DNA of 64,000 nt from Candidatus Aenigmatarchaeota archaeon (GCA_043802485.1 JAZDKZ010000005.1:1-64000); one strand, 5' to 3'; shown: positions 47,492 to 58,641, numbered from the stretch's first letter. Translations and numbers: made by a program. The notes: generated by a model from the letters alone, not told the origin.

Positions 47492-48379
47492 TTATTCTAT
47501 GGGTTGAAAAACATTAGTTATGGTAAAGTCAATCCAATATAATCCTCTACAATTAGGCACATTCTCTATCAAGTCGTTCCCTATCTGACCTGCAGGGTCG
47601 TCAAACGTTTCCCATAAATGTTTGTCGATCTCATAACCGTACTGGAAGCCGACTTCAGCATCGGAGAAATGTTCTCCCCACATTTGGAAATCCTCCAACA
47701 TTTCTGAATAGCTTTCAAACTCCTGGCTGTCTGATATGAAGACAACGTCTTCAGGATATGATTTAGGCATCTTTTCTATTTCCCAGTGCTTTAGGAACAA
47801 TTTGTAATCCGGATTATATGTCTTCACTTTGTCAAGCCATGCTTTCGCTTCATTGCTTGTTACAGGTCTGCCGTCTTCATAATTTCCGACATCAATCCAC
47901 TCCACATCAACACCGAACCCGATAACAGAAGGATGATTTTTGTACCTGCTAAGGACCAAATCGATAAGCGTTCCTACATCGGCTTTGGCAGGTTCCACCT
48001 GCAGCCAAATGTTCAGTCCTGCCGCATCAAAAGCATCAAGGTATTCTTCGTTCATGTCGGTTTCGGAAAATGTGATGTGTTCAATCATGTTGTCTTCGCC
48101 AGGAAACTGCAGATTGCACATGTCCAATCCTTGTTTTGTTCCAACAATCCATATGCCTGCCGGCACATAGCCTTCAAACTTGGAGGACATTTGGTTTGCA
48201 ACATCTATCCAGTATTCAGGACCCTGCTCTTGCTGATAACCGTATTCCGAGGACCTCCAGCCAGCCATGCCAGAATCGGTTAGTACAGGCTTGTCCCCAC
48301 TTTGTGCAAAGTATAGAAAAATGATTGATGCAACAATGAACAAAAGTGCAACTAATGCTATTTTTCTCATAAAGAACAA
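47492..48379 (-). CDS. Secreted acidic protein, possible glycoside-hydrolase-like barrel
   Basis: N-terminal TM; WLQVEP, GFGVDVEW. Confidence 0.7.
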   Translation of the reverse strand: MFFMRKIALVALLFIVASIIFLYFAQSGDKPVLTDSGMAGWRSSEYGYQQEQGPEYWIDVANQMSSKFEGYVPAGIWIVGTKQGLDMCNLQFPGEDNMIEHITFSETDMNEEYLDAFDAAGLNIWLQVEPAKADVGTLIDLVLSRYKNHPSVIGFGVDVEWIDVGNYEDGRPVTSNEAKAWLDKVKTYNPDYKLFLKHWEIEKMPKSYPEDVVFISDSQEFESYSEMLEDFQMWGEHFSDAEVGFQYGYEIDKHLWETFDDPAGQIGNDLIENVPNCRGLYWIDFTITNVFQPIE

Positions 48380-48406
48380 CTTGGTCTGCTTCCTATTTAT
48401 TGAAAG

Positions 48407-51400
48407 CTATTTTTTCTTCTTGGTTACTTTCTTATTATCTATTTTGTTTTGCTTCTTGTTTCTGATAATTCTAAAGGCCATAAAAGTAACAGGCATTGCC
48501 ATAATAGCTACAACAGCAAGTCCTATGGGCGTTGTAAAGACTGAAAACAAACCCGTTGCCTGCGATTGGTCATCACATTCCATGAATTCCATGGACGTGT
48601 CAGGTTCAGTGCCGCATTCGTTCGAATCGACGCATGTTCTTATCTGGCTGCCTTCCCTGCAGGCAGACCACCCTGAACATATCCACTCCTCTATGCATGG
48701 CTCTTCTGTTGAAATCAACTCTTCTTCTGGCTCTTCTGTTGTGGTTTCATTCGTATCAGCATTATCTTCGTCATCCTTTGTCGTTACAGGAGGCACGTAA
48801 CCTCCGCCGCCCCCACCACCGCCTCCAGAAGGCAATGAATTGGAAGGCACTTGAACAGTCAACAATGACCATATTCCATCAAAATTCGCCGTCCAGTTGG
48901 CTCCGCCGCTGGCGTTGAAGTTGTAATTGTGTTTTCCTAATTCACCGTTTGTTTCGTTGACAGAATAGCTGACATTGCCTGTGACATTCCCTATCAGGAA
49001 GCCATCCCTTCTGAACTCGTAAAAAACATCAACATCGCCAACATTATTTTCTATTCCCGCTACCAATGCTTGTGATCCCAATATAACAGTGTCTGATGGG
49101 TTAAAGCTAATTGACAGACTCAACACCCCTTTGTTGACAAATGCATAGTATTTGACGCCTGTTGCGTTGGAAGAGTAGTTGGCGTTGCCGGTGGCGTTGA
49201 CCTTGTAAGTATAAGTCCCATTACCGAGCAATACCTGTTCGATTGCGTTTACAATCTGTGTTTCGTCTCTATACAGATATGCTGTACCAAACGCAGACAT
49301 TGCTGTCGCGTTTATTGCTTCCGGATAGGTGTATGTGACGTTTGTGTTGTTGGTTCCGTTCAGGTAGAGGTAGACGGGATTGTCTGCTTTTGTGACTGTT
49401 ATATTATATTCCTTTGAGAAATTGGTGGAATAATTCTGGTTGCCTGTTGTATTGAGAGTGTATTGCCAAGTCCCTGCTCCCAGCGTGACTTCTGTGTTGT
49501 TCTCTGAGATGCCAGTATCATTGCGGTAAAGGTTGCATGCACCTACAGTACACATACCTGTCACGTTTATCGGTGTGGCGTACACTATGTCAACGTTCTG
49601 ATTCATGTATTCTGTGCCGTTGTTAAAGTACAAGTCGGTAGGATTGACCGCCTTGTTTATTGTGAACATAAGAGTTTGTGTGGCGTTCTGGCTGTTGTTG
49701 GAGTCGTTGGCAACGAACCTGTATTGGTATGTGCCGGCTGCCATGGGTGTTGTGTTATAATAATAGTTCGGGTAAGTGCCGTTCATTGAAGTGTTTACCA
49801 ATGAGCCGGTAAAGTTGTTCTCAATGTATGCTCCGCTGAGCGAACTAGTATTGTTGCTCCATGTTATGCTAAAGTTGCTGTAGCCTGACGGCGTATAGCT
49901 GTTGACCAGCTGCGCTTGGCTGTTGCTCCATGAAAGCGACTTGTTTACAGGAATGAAATTGAAGCTGAACGTTTCAGTCGTATTTCCATTACCAGAAGTG
50001 TCATTGGCAAAGACCTTCCAGCCTACGACCTTTCCAAAAGGAACTGAATCGTTCCTCCATGTAAAGTTTGTCCATGCTTCGTATGTCCTTGGGAACCTTG
50101 GGGAATTGTAATAATTAGAGGCATTGATAACCTTGTTCGAATAGTCTATTGTGAAATAGTCCAACATACTCCAGTTGTTTTGCGCAACTACTGTTATGTT
50201 GTGGAATCCTACATCGATTTGAATGTTCCAAAGTATCTGACTTCCCCATACATATCCCCAGACAGTGACATTGTCATCACCAAGAACAGTATGAGTGTCA
50301 TTCACAAAGTTCTGAGCTGTAGGCAGAGTATATTGTGTATTGTCTATATAGTAAGCATAAGTGTTGGATAAAGGTGAGTAGCTACTTGGGTCTGTCAGAT
50401 TCATTCCACCAGTAAGAACCCTGAAAGTTATATTGTATCGATCTGTGGAAGGTATGAGAACGCCGACCGTCACACTGTCTCCAGCATCCGGCAAAGCAAT
50501 GCTCGAGAAGCTGTCCGCTTCGAACTGGTCCTCGAGAGAGATGTTGCCGTTTATGTCAAGGTCGGAAACAGTCACATACATGTCCTCAAACTCGTTCCTC
50601 TTGGTGTAGTTTACCAGCTTCTCAAAACTAACAGCTGAACTGCCGTTAAAGGTCGTGTTGGCATCTATTATGTTCGAACCTATTGTGAACTTGCTTTCCT
50701 CGTCATTGGAAGCCTTAAGCCATGCAAACCTGGGCTCAATCCAACCCTCCCCAACACCGTCCTTCTCTATGGCCCTTGCTCCTATGAAGTCATTTCCCTT
50801 CACCCACTCTATTATGCTATCATCAAATACACCTTCTGGGTATGCAAAGACCTTGGGGCAGTCTCCATCCAACCATCCACATATGTCATTCTTGCTTTCG
50901 TTGATCTCTAAGCTGAGGTTAAGGCCAGGGTTGGCAGTCAGATTTAGACCACCTATAGGATGGGTCTTGGAATGGCAGGCTATATCCATGCCGCCGGCAT
51001 GCAGCGCCTGAACATCTGCAATACCCATGTAACCAGGATAGTAGTTATTGTTGATCGTGTAATTCGTTATTATGAAGAACGTGGCAGTAAAGCCATATCT
51101 CTTGAGAATTGGAAAGGCGTTATCGTATTGGTCCTTCCAGCCGTCGTCAAAGGTTATGACAACAGCCTTCTCAGGCAGCTTCTTGTTGCTGTTCATATAC
51201 TCCAAAAGTTCGGCAAACGTTATGGTGTTGTAGTTGTTCTTGTACAAGTAGTCCATATGGGATATAAAGTCACTCACCTTCGTGTTGTAGGGTGATGGGT
51301 ATGTTTCGCCTATACCGTGATAGTAGAGTATGGGCACCAGCTCTTCTGTATACTCTATAGGCTTTACATATTCTATCCAAACACCTGTCTCGTTCGTAGA

Positions 51401-51583
51401 AAGAACGGCGGTTGACAGTGGTTCTGTACTGTTCCAGAAGACGCTGAGGACCGTATAGTTGCCTTCGACTGTAACCACGGTATTTGCCGCATTGGACGAA
51501 TACGATGGCGCTGCTAAGGCTATGCTAGCAGTACCCAATATGATCATAAAACTGAATATAAGCAGTTTTAACTCCTTAGTCAT
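48407..51583 (-). CDS. Surface protein with CE4/NodB polysaccharide deacetylase domain and stalk repeats
   Basis: PILYYH, VITFDDG, ATFFI, CHSKTH, FAYPEG; poly-Gly linker; CxExWxCxxWSxC module; C-terminal TM. Confidence 0.9.
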   Translation of the reverse strand: MTKELKLLIFSFMIILGTASIALAAPSYSSNAANTVVTVEGNYTVLSVFWNSTEPLSTAVLSTNETGVWIEYVKPIEYTEELVPILYYHGIGETYPSPYNTKVSDFISHMDYLYKNNYNTITFAELLEYMNSNKKLPEKAVVITFDDGWKDQYDNAFPILKRYGFTATFFIITNYTINNNYYPGYMGIADVQALHAGGMDIACHSKTHPIGGLNLTANPGLNLSLEINESKNDICGWLDGDCPKVFAYPEGVFDDSIIEWVKGNDFIGARAIEKDGVGEGWIEPRFAWLKASNDEESKFTIGSNIIDANTTFNGSSAVSFEKLVNYTKRNEFEDMYVTVSDLDINGNISLEDQFEADSFSSIALPDAGDSVTVGVLIPSTDRYNITFRVLTGGMNLTDPSSYSPLSNTYAYYIDNTQYTLPTAQNFVNDTHTVLGDDNVTVWGYVWGSQILWNIQIDVGFHNITVVAQNNWSMLDYFTIDYSNKVINASNYYNSPRFPRTYEAWTNFTWRNDSVPFGKVVGWKVFANDTSGNGNTTETFSFNFIPVNKSLSWSNSQAQLVNSYTPSGYSNFSITWSNNTSSLSGAYIENNFTGSLVNTSMNGTYPNYYYNTTPMAAGTYQYRFVANDSNNSQNATQTLMFTINKAVNPTDLYFNNGTEYMNQNVDIVYATPINVTGMCTVGACNLYRNDTGISENNTEVTLGAGTWQYTLNTTGNQNYSTNFSKEYNITVTKADNPVYLYLNGTNNTNVTYTYPEAINATAMSAFGTAYLYRDETQIVNAIEQVLLGNGTYTYKVNATGNANYSSNATGVKYYAFVNKGVLSLSISFNPSDTVILGSQALVAGIENNVGDVDVFYEFRRDGFLIGNVTGNVSYSVNETNGELGKHNYNFNASGGANWTANFDGIWSLLTVQVPSNSLPSGGGGGGGGGYVPPVTTKDDEDNADTNETTTEEPEEELISTEEPCIEEWICSGWSACREGSQIRTCVDSNECGTEPDTSMEFMECDDQSQATGLFSVFTTPIGLAVVAIMAMPVTFMAFRIIRNKKQNKIDNKKVTKKKK

Positions 51584-51641
51584 AGTAACACTCAGACTTC
51601 TATTATGACCAAAGTTTTAAATAGCTATCTTCAGAGAAAAT

Positions 51642-53216
51642 TCACTGCTCTTCCAGCTCTCGTTCTATGTAGTACATGTTCTCGTTAGGCTTTGCTTCCT
51701 CTTTTTTCTTCTTTTTAAAAAGCTGTTTTAGGATGTTGAGGTTGATATGCCCTGTCACTTCCAGCAAAACGAAGATTAAGAGTAGGACTATCAGGACTGC
51801 CACAATAGAGACCTCGAAGACCGGGAAATCTGTTGCAACCGCCGATATGGTCTCGCAGGGCTGGTTCTCCGCAGACTTGTCAGCGGTTGTTCCGCAGGCA
51901 TTGGCATCAGTGCATGTCCTTGTCTGTAAGTCGTTCTCACATTCGCTCCAATCTGCACAAGACCAGACCTCTGCACAAGCAGCCTGACTTTCGTTTATTG
52001 TTCCTGCGCCGCCAGACCCTATGACAAAGGTCGAGAAGCCTGGAGACTCTGCCTGATAAAGAACTTCGGAATCATCTTCGCTTATGTATGTTGTGGGCAA
52101 TTCGTTCCATCCTTCACCTTCCCATCTATATAGGCTGATATTTTGTATTTCTATGCCGTTTTCATCAAACCATGTTCTGTTTAAAGCGAATTCTATGTAA
52201 ACTTTGCTAAAGTCTCCATCTGTTATATTTTCCTTCTCTATGCTGATGTAATTATATACCTTGCCTTGTATGTCATGACCTACTGACTCTGGCAATGACA
52301 TGATTCTGTTGATAATTATTTTTGTGTTGTTGACAGTTCTTGCAACAGAAACGTTGATTTGCCTGAATGCTATGTCGTCTGTCTTTGCTATTGTAAAGTT
52401 CATTATGCTGTTGGCAACCATTGATGGCGCGGTTATGTTGCAGTTTCCTTTTTTGTACCTCAATGTAAAAGTTCTAGAAGCTGCGCCGCCCCCTCCCCCT
52501 CCGCCGCCACCCGCAGGAAGTTGGGAACCGGAAGAGCTTACTGTCAATGACTTGGATGTTGTCAGCGTCTGACCGTTCCCGCTTATGGTAGCAGTCGATG
52601 TAAAGGCGCCAGCACTTGTCGAGGTCACAGTAAACGTGTGATAAACTATAGTGTTCCCGTCTATGCTTGTGCTTGAAACAGAAGACGGTGAGCATGAAAG
52701 TCCTGTGCAAGACATGGATATGCTATATGTCGTCGACGTTCCGCCTGCGTTGTTCACGCCTACCGTAAATGTGGTCAAGCTGCCTGCAACTATGCTTGAA
52801 GACGCTATCGATGATGATGACGTTAGAGAGGCAGGCGTCATAACCTGCAGGCCTGTCTGGAGGCTGTCAGAAAGAGGCTGGCCTGTTCCGGAATCCAATG
52901 CGCCCACGCTTGCGGTTATCTGGTTTGTATAATCGCCTGAGACCGACGCGGTGCATGACCAGCTTGTGCTTCCAGAGCCACCTGACATTGATATGGACTG
53001 CGACCCTGACGGGGTGCAGCCAAGTCCTGTCGGCAAAGTCAGCGAACCGCTTACATCGCTGACCTCGGTGCCTGTGACGGACATTGTAATTGTAAAGGTG
53101 TCTCCTGTAGTCACACTGGAAGGCATGCTCACGCTCGATATTGATATCGAACCTGTCGCGAATGCTGGAAAAGACAACGCAACCAAAAACACAATTAATA
53201 ATATTGCTGCTTTCAT
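51642..53216 (-). CDS. Ser/Thr-rich surface protein with PGF-pre-PGF domain
   Basis: Signal peptide; poly-Gly; VYNYISI...WNELPT...SPGFSTFVI; Cys module; TM. Confidence 0.88.
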   Translation of the reverse strand: MKAAILLIVFLVALSFPAFATGSISISSVSMPSSVTTGDTFTITMSVTGTEVSDVSGSLTLPTGLGCTPSGSQSISMSGGSGSTSWSCTASVSGDYTNQITASVGALDSGTGQPLSDSLQTGLQVMTPASLTSSSSIASSSIVAGSLTTFTVGVNNAGGTSTTYSISMSCTGLSCSPSSVSSTSIDGNTIVYHTFTVTSTSAGAFTSTATISGNGQTLTTSKSLTVSSSGSQLPAGGGGGGGGGAASRTFTLRYKKGNCNITAPSMVANSIMNFTIAKTDDIAFRQINVSVARTVNNTKIIINRIMSLPESVGHDIQGKVYNYISIEKENITDGDFSKVYIEFALNRTWFDENGIEIQNISLYRWEGEGWNELPTTYISEDDSEVLYQAESPGFSTFVIGSGGAGTINESQAACAEVWSCADWSECENDLQTRTCTDANACGTTADKSAENQPCETISAVATDFPVFEVSIVAVLIVLLLIFVLLEVTGHINLNILKQLFKKKKKEEAKPNENMYYIERELEEQ

Positions 53217-53218
53217 TT

Positions 53219-56200
53219 TCAGTTCACCGTAAACATCGTATTGTAGACTCCTGTGGACGTGTTAGTGTCAAGGCGCACAAAATATTTCCTTCCGCTGACG
53301 AGCACCGTGCTGTTTAGTATGCTATAATAATTGCTTCCTGTTGTTAAGGACAGAGGCACTTGCATAGTTATTGTCGTGTTCTCGTCTAAGGTAAGAACAG
53401 ACGCTATCGCGTTTGGTATGTTGCAAAGTATGTAGACATTGTCCGTTGCATCGAACGTTGTTGCGTTTGTTGTCAAAGCAGAGCCTGTCCATAACGCAGG
53501 TATGGTTCCGCTTGTCGGTGGTAACACTGTGACAACCTGCGTTGTCATGCCTATGCCGCTGACAAATACATTAAACACGTACACGCCCGGATCTGTTATT
53601 GACATGTTTATCGTGGCGTTCGGCAACGAACCTGTGCTCAGTGATATGCTCGTATTCTCGTACATCAGGCTTGATGCCGTTGGCGAGAAGGTTCTCATAG
53701 TTGCTGTACCGTTGAGGCTCGAGCTTATGTTGACAAGGAAGTATGTTCCAGCATCTATTGAATTGGGCATTGTCATGTTCAGGCTTTGTGAGGCGTTTTT
53801 GACGTCGACCATCACGAATCCAAAGCCCTGCGACTGGTTAACGAACATGTTAACAGCAATCGGATAAGTTCCTATGGCATTGGCTTCGTTGGGTATCGAG
53901 ATGTTCACCTGGTATGGCTGCACCTGTCCAGATGTGTCGACATACTGCTGTATCTCTCCCTTCTCCTTGTTGAAGATGAAAAGGAATCCGCTTGTCGCGT
54001 TTATTCGTGATCCCGATGTCCTGTTGTAAACAGTTATATTCAGCACCACATTGTCTCCAGGTGAATATGTGTTGCTGTTTGTGCTTGCTTCTACCCGAAG
54101 ACTGCTCACAAAAAAGCCTGAGTAAGAATGTACATCACTACTGTTTGTAAGGTAAACATGCAAAAAGTAAGGGCCGTCAGTATAGTTGCCCGTTATTGCT
54201 ATAATCTTTCTTGCCGTACCGTCGCTTCCAGTGGTGGATGTTCCGACAACACGCGGGGTTGTTCCGTCTGATCCGACCTCGAAGGTTACATTATAGCCGC
54301 TCACTCCAGTGCCGTTCATGTAAGTCAACTTTGCTGTCAAGGTCGCAGTGTCTCCTGTCTTGTAATGACTGTTGAAAGACCTGTCGGATAAGGAGCTCAG
54401 TCGTAGCGCTGCTCCACCTGTAACTGTGACCGTCGCCTGCGGGGCGAATCCTTGCTCGCCGTCTGGAGACGTTAGCCTAACTTCCAACCCATACTTTTGA
54501 AGTGGCGAGAACGCCGGTATACCCAAGGAAATGGTCGCGTTTCCGTTTGTGGTGGTGTTGGACGGTATCTCGATATAGTTTCCGAATGACCATAGCTTTG
54601 CCGTGACGACTGTACCGTCGGGCACAACGGCACCGCCTCTAGTGGCGTTGACATAAATTGTAACAGTGCCGCCCGGCAAGACATCATAGTTGTCTACTAT
54701 AGAAACGCCTGGTCCGGGCTCGCCTGAAAGAAGAGTTGCCTTTAGTGTTGAAACTTGAACGCCTATGAACTGCTTCTGCCCTTCCATGTTTACCATTATG
54801 TAGTTGAAGCCGGGCTTTGTTGCGTTCAATGTGACAATTGCATGCCCCGTAGAGTTCGTAGTAGCGTTTGCCCCAGCGACAAGTATGTCGTTTGGCGACT
54901 GTGCCTTGTAAAGAGTGGCAGTAAGGTTCTGGCCTGATATAGCTGTGCCGCTTATTGTTGTCGCCTTAATGCTTAGCGTTATGTTTTCGTTCAAATCATA
55001 ACTGAACTTGTCTGTTGATGTCATGATGTTGAAAGAGTTCACGTCAAAGCCTACATAGAATTTCTGCTGGCCTCCGCCTGTGGAGGATGTTATTTCGACG
55101 TTGTGATGCCCGACAGACCAGTTCCCAATCTTTACTTCCTTCGAGCCGCTGCTCCAAGCATCGTTTATGCAGAATGTCACGTTCGGCGTTGGGTTGCAAG
55201 GTCCCTGCGAAAGCGTTGTACCGTCCACCTTGACGCCTGACGGCGGTATCGTGAAACTTTCTATAGGACCGTACATAAGTATTGTCACGTTGTCAGATGT
55301 CTGGTACGACGGTCTTTCAGGCCTGACAAACAGATCTGTTCCCCTGACATCAAAGCCGAACCACGTCTCCAGCTTGACGATATTACTTCCAATGTTCTTT
55401 GATATTTTTATCTTAAGGTTATGCCATCCATATGACCATGAAGTGCTTCCTGAATGTGTGGAAGAGTTAAGCGTTATAGTGGCCTTTCCGTTGGAACCTG
55501 TGGTTCCTATTGCAGGGGTGTTGCTGCTGTCAGCCACAACCTCAACCGATGCGCCCTCTATTGCCGCACCCGTTGTTGAATTGGAAACCTGAATAGTTAA
55601 AACAACATTGTCTGAGGTTTGATAACTCTGCCTGTCTGTCGTGGTCTTAATGTTTACATTGCTTATCTGAACCCAGTTGTCAGACACTCCTACAGTGCCG
55701 TTTGTGCAACCTTCTGAGAAACAGTTGTCAGCTGTCACAGATGTCACTATCTGGTAGAATCCTAAAGCCGTTGGCATCGTCAGGTTCATGTATCCCTGGC
55801 CGTCCGTTATGTTGGATGCACTATAGGTGGCCGAAACCTCTGTACCAATGGAGTCGTACATCTTGACTGTCACATTCTTGTTGGCGCCTATGCTTGAGGA
55901 GTTGATGCCTGTTGGCGGATTAGTGCTCGTGTTAAAGACGAATATCTTCCCGTTCACAGTCTGGTTCGTGCCAAAGGTGAAACCGCCAAGGTCCATGCCG
56001 ACCTGGAAATCGTACGCATTGAACTGCATGATATTGGTAGCAGTGTACAAAGTGTTTCCGCTAAAGTTGCTTGCATTGAGAAGAATTTTGTACTTGCCTG
56101 CATCAAGATTAAAGGAAGCAGGTCTGAAAGTAAGGTTGTAGAACGTATTCCTGCTAGAGTCGTAGCTGAATGTTATTGTTGTTGCATTTGCTACAGTTTT

Positions 56201-58579
56201 GTTTAGGAAAAGTATTTTAGCTGTCAAAACAACATTCGTGCCGTTTAGCATCGTGCCCTGCTTTGTCATTATCGAAACATTGATATTATTGTTGTCCGAA
56301 AGCGCCATTGACGGATTGAACATGGGCTGTATGTTCCAGTTGTCAGCCCTGACAAGGTTCATAACAACAGTTTCTCCTGGCGTTATTGAGATGTTCGTCT
56401 TGTTGTAAACATTGAGATACTGGCTGAAATCGAATGATGATGTTAGCTCTAGCGTGTAGTTTCCCGCAGGAAGCGGCATGCTAAGCGTCGGAGACTGACT
56501 CCCGAAACCAACCAAATTCTCAAGCAAAACGCCTTCAGGATTTATCAAGCTTACAATCTGACCGTTGCTATTGCGGAGAATGCCGCTTGTCTCGAACCAA
56601 AAGTCAAAGGAGCCTGCCTTGTTCCTGTTCATCGTGTTCTGCAAGTTTGAGCATTTGGACTCGTCAGAAATATTATAATCGAATATGTCATTGCATGTGT
56701 AAACGGTAAGGTTCAGATAACCCGGTTCTGTGAGATTGCACTTTATGGAGGTTATGCTGCCCTGTGTAACGTTTGCAGAAGTGTTGAAGCATGTCCTGAT
56801 TATTGAGCCTGTCATCGGATCCCCCATTGTCATGTTCTTGCCAAAAAAGTTAATGACCAACTCGTTTCCGATAGGGGAAAGGAAAGACATATTCATGGAT
56901 GATGGTGGGTTCACATTATCGAACATTGACGTCATTGAGAACTTTCCCGTGACAGCGTCCCTTTGAATACCCGTCCCTGTGGACGAGAACTTGCTAAGCT
57001 CGCTTATGATCATTCTTGCGCTGTTGAGCGTAAGGTTGGCCTCGACAAGACCACCGGCCTTAAGAGTCAGGGGCGGAAGCACGACTGTATCACCTATTGC
57101 AAAGTACCCCCTGTTATTGTTGTTGTCTATCGTGGGAAAGTAAATCGGCACACCGTTGTTTGTCTTGTCGCTGACTATGAAGAACTGATACTGCGGGAAG
57201 TACATGTCCCCTTGCGAATTCTCGCTCGGAGACAGCGATCTTGGAACCCTCATAGAGAACATGCCGTTCTCATCGGTTACGGAAGAGTTGAAGAACTGTA
57301 TTCCGAACGCACCGCTTGGGCCCTTGAAGAACTGGGCGTAGACTGTGGCGTTCGGCACAGGATACTTGTTGCCTGAAGGGTCGGATGTCTGGTTTACTAC
57401 CTTTCCAACAACCGTTCTATAATCGGAATCTGTGTATATGGTGCTGTTTGCCAAAAAGATTTGCGCTCCTGTCATGCCTGAAACAGGCGTCATGAACGGG
57501 AAGCTATAGTTCCTCCCGCCATAGTTAAACTTTATCTTATAGTGTCTGTACGGCTCTAGGAAGGCAGGCATTGTTTCTTCCTGCCCTGTAACAATGAATA
57601 ATAGCTCGTCAGTCGTGTTGTCGTGGACGTTTATCTGGCTTGGTATGTTCTGCTGCTGGAACGATTCCGGTGACCAGACTGAAACCATTACCATGGCCAT
57701 GGACGCAGGCGTGTCAAGGTTTAGCAAAAGTGGTGTGCCCGGAGTGACGTTTTGCTTGGACTTGTTTGAAGATATAAAGTCCAAGGCGATGATAGTAGTT
57801 GTCTGGTTTATGGCGCATATGGGAGCTATGTCGTTAGAGGGGAAGCTTATTCCGTGGTAAAGGCACCAGTTAGGCTCTACTAGCGGTGTCAGGTTGACGC
57901 ATTCGCCCGCAGCCACAACACCCATACAGTGCTCGGCCCAATAGCCGTCTGTGTCTGAGAGAGCAGGACCTTCCAACAAAAACGATTTGGTGCTATTGTC
58001 AAATGCCATGAACGCTGTGTTCGGCAGCCCTGCCGACCCCGAAGCGTCGTAGGCCTGCAAAGAGACATAATTTATCGTGAACATGGTGCCGTTGCAGCCT
58101 GAAAGACCGCACTCTGCCGAGGCCGTAGCATAGTCTGTCTTGTTGCCGACCGTGGCATTGATTTGCATGGTCTGATTGGTAAATGGCGCATCGGTTCCGT
58201 TCAGAACAAGCAGCACGCATGACGGATCAGATGAATTGCTCAGCAGCTCGTTATTGTAATCAGTTCCGTTTGCAGTGCCAACACTGTAATCATAATACTG
58301 CGAGCTTATTATGCCGCCGTTTGTGGTGTTTAGCGCGGTTCCGTTGTACCACACGTTAAACCAGTTAACTTCCTCTGACATGCCGGCGCAAACGACAACG
58401 CTTTCATTGCCTTCTGTGCCAAAGGCATCAACTAGACAGAACTTTAACGAATCCAATCCGCATGGATTTTCTTCAGGTGCCGCAAAAGTCAATACGCTAA
58501 AGGAAAGAAGAAATATGAGAGATGACGCAATTAACAATGAAAAAATATTCAAACCGCCAGCAAGACATCTTTTGTTCAA
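53219..58579 (-). CDS. Very large secreted multi-Ig-domain glycoprotein (1786 aa), no C-terminal anchor
   Basis: TTG start, signal peptide, repeated TDxxSYxxxDxV modules, many sequons. Confidence 0.85.
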   Translation of the reverse strand: MNKRCLAGGLNIFSLLIASSLIFLLSFSVLTFAAPEENPCGLDSLKFCLVDAFGTEGNESVVVCAGMSEEVNWFNVWYNGTALNTTNGGIISSQYYDYSVGTANGTDYNNELLSNSSDPSCVLLVLNGTDAPFTNQTMQINATVGNKTDYATASAECGLSGCNGTMFTINYVSLQAYDASGSAGLPNTAFMAFDNSTKSFLLEGPALSDTDGYWAEHCMGVVAAGECVNLTPLVEPNWCLYHGISFPSNDIAPICAINQTTTIIALDFISSNKSKQNVTPGTPLLLNLDTPASMAMVMVSVWSPESFQQQNIPSQINVHDNTTDELLFIVTGQEETMPAFLEPYRHYKIKFNYGGRNYSFPFMTPVSGMTGAQIFLANSTIYTDSDYRTVVGKVVNQTSDPSGNKYPVPNATVYAQFFKGPSGAFGIQFFNSSVTDENGMFSMRVPRSLSPSENSQGDMYFPQYQFFIVSDKTNNGVPIYFPTIDNNNNRGYFAIGDTVVLPPLTLKAGGLVEANLTLNSARMIISELSKFSSTGTGIQRDAVTGKFSMTSMFDNVNPPSSMNMSFLSPIGNELVINFFGKNMTMGDPMTGSIIRTCFNTSANVTQGSITSIKCNLTEPGYLNLTVYTCNDIFDYNISDESKCSNLQNTMNRNKAGSFDFWFETSGILRNSNGQIVSLINPEGVLLENLVGFGSQSPTLSMPLPAGNYTLELTSSFDFSQYLNVYNKTNISITPGETVVMNLVRADNWNIQPMFNPSMALSDNNNINVSIMTKQGTMLNGTNVVLTAKILFLNKTVANATTITFSYDSSRNTFYNLTFRPASFNLDAGKYKILLNASNFSGNTLYTATNIMQFNAYDFQVGMDLGGFTFGTNQTVNGKIFVFNTSTNPPTGINSSSIGANKNVTVKMYDSIGTEVSATYSASNITDGQGYMNLTMPTALGFYQIVTSVTADNCFSEGCTNGTVGVSDNWVQISNVNIKTTTDRQSYQTSDNVVLTIQVSNSTTGAAIEGASVEVVADSSNTPAIGTTGSNGKATITLNSSTHSGSTSWSYGWHNLKIKISKNIGSNIVKLETWFGFDVRGTDLFVRPERPSYQTSDNVTILMYGPIESFTIPPSGVKVDGTTLSQGPCNPTPNVTFCINDAWSSGSKEVKIGNWSVGHHNVEITSSTGGGQQKFYVGFDVNSFNIMTSTDKFSYDLNENITLSIKATTISGTAISGQNLTATLYKAQSPNDILVAGANATTNSTGHAIVTLNATKPGFNYIMVNMEGQKQFIGVQVSTLKATLLSGEPGPGVSIVDNYDVLPGGTVTIYVNATRGGAVVPDGTVVTAKLWSFGNYIEIPSNTTTNGNATISLGIPAFSPLQKYGLEVRLTSPDGEQGFAPQATVTVTGGAALRLSSLSDRSFNSHYKTGDTATLTAKLTYMNGTGVSGYNVTFEVGSDGTTPRVVGTSTTGSDGTARKIIAITGNYTDGPYFLHVYLTNSSDVHSYSGFFVSSLRVEASTNSNTYSPGDNVVLNITVYNRTSGSRINATSGFLFIFNKEKGEIQQYVDTSGQVQPYQVNISIPNEANAIGTYPIAVNMFVNQSQGFGFVMVDVKNASQSLNMTMPNSIDAGTYFLVNISSSLNGTATMRTFSPTASSLMYENTSISLSTGSLPNATINMSITDPGVYVFNVFVSGIGMTTQVVTVLPPTSGTIPALWTGSALTTNATTFDATDNVYILCNIPNAIASVLTLDENTTITMQVPLSLTTGSNYYSILNSTVLVSGRKYFVRLDTNTSTGVYNTMFTVN

Positions 58580-58582
58580 AGA

Positions 58583-58617
58583 ACCACTAACACTTATTTA
58601 GAAAACCGGCTTATAAA
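58583..58617 (-). promoter_or_regulatory. 35-bp promoter/5'-UTR block identical to 62909-62943
   Basis: accactaacacttatttagaaaaccggcttataaa at both sites; minus strand has TTTATAAG TATA box and GTGGT SD-like sequence. Confidence 0.8.
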
Positions 58618-58641
58618 CTTTTGTTTAAACGTCTAAAAAAA

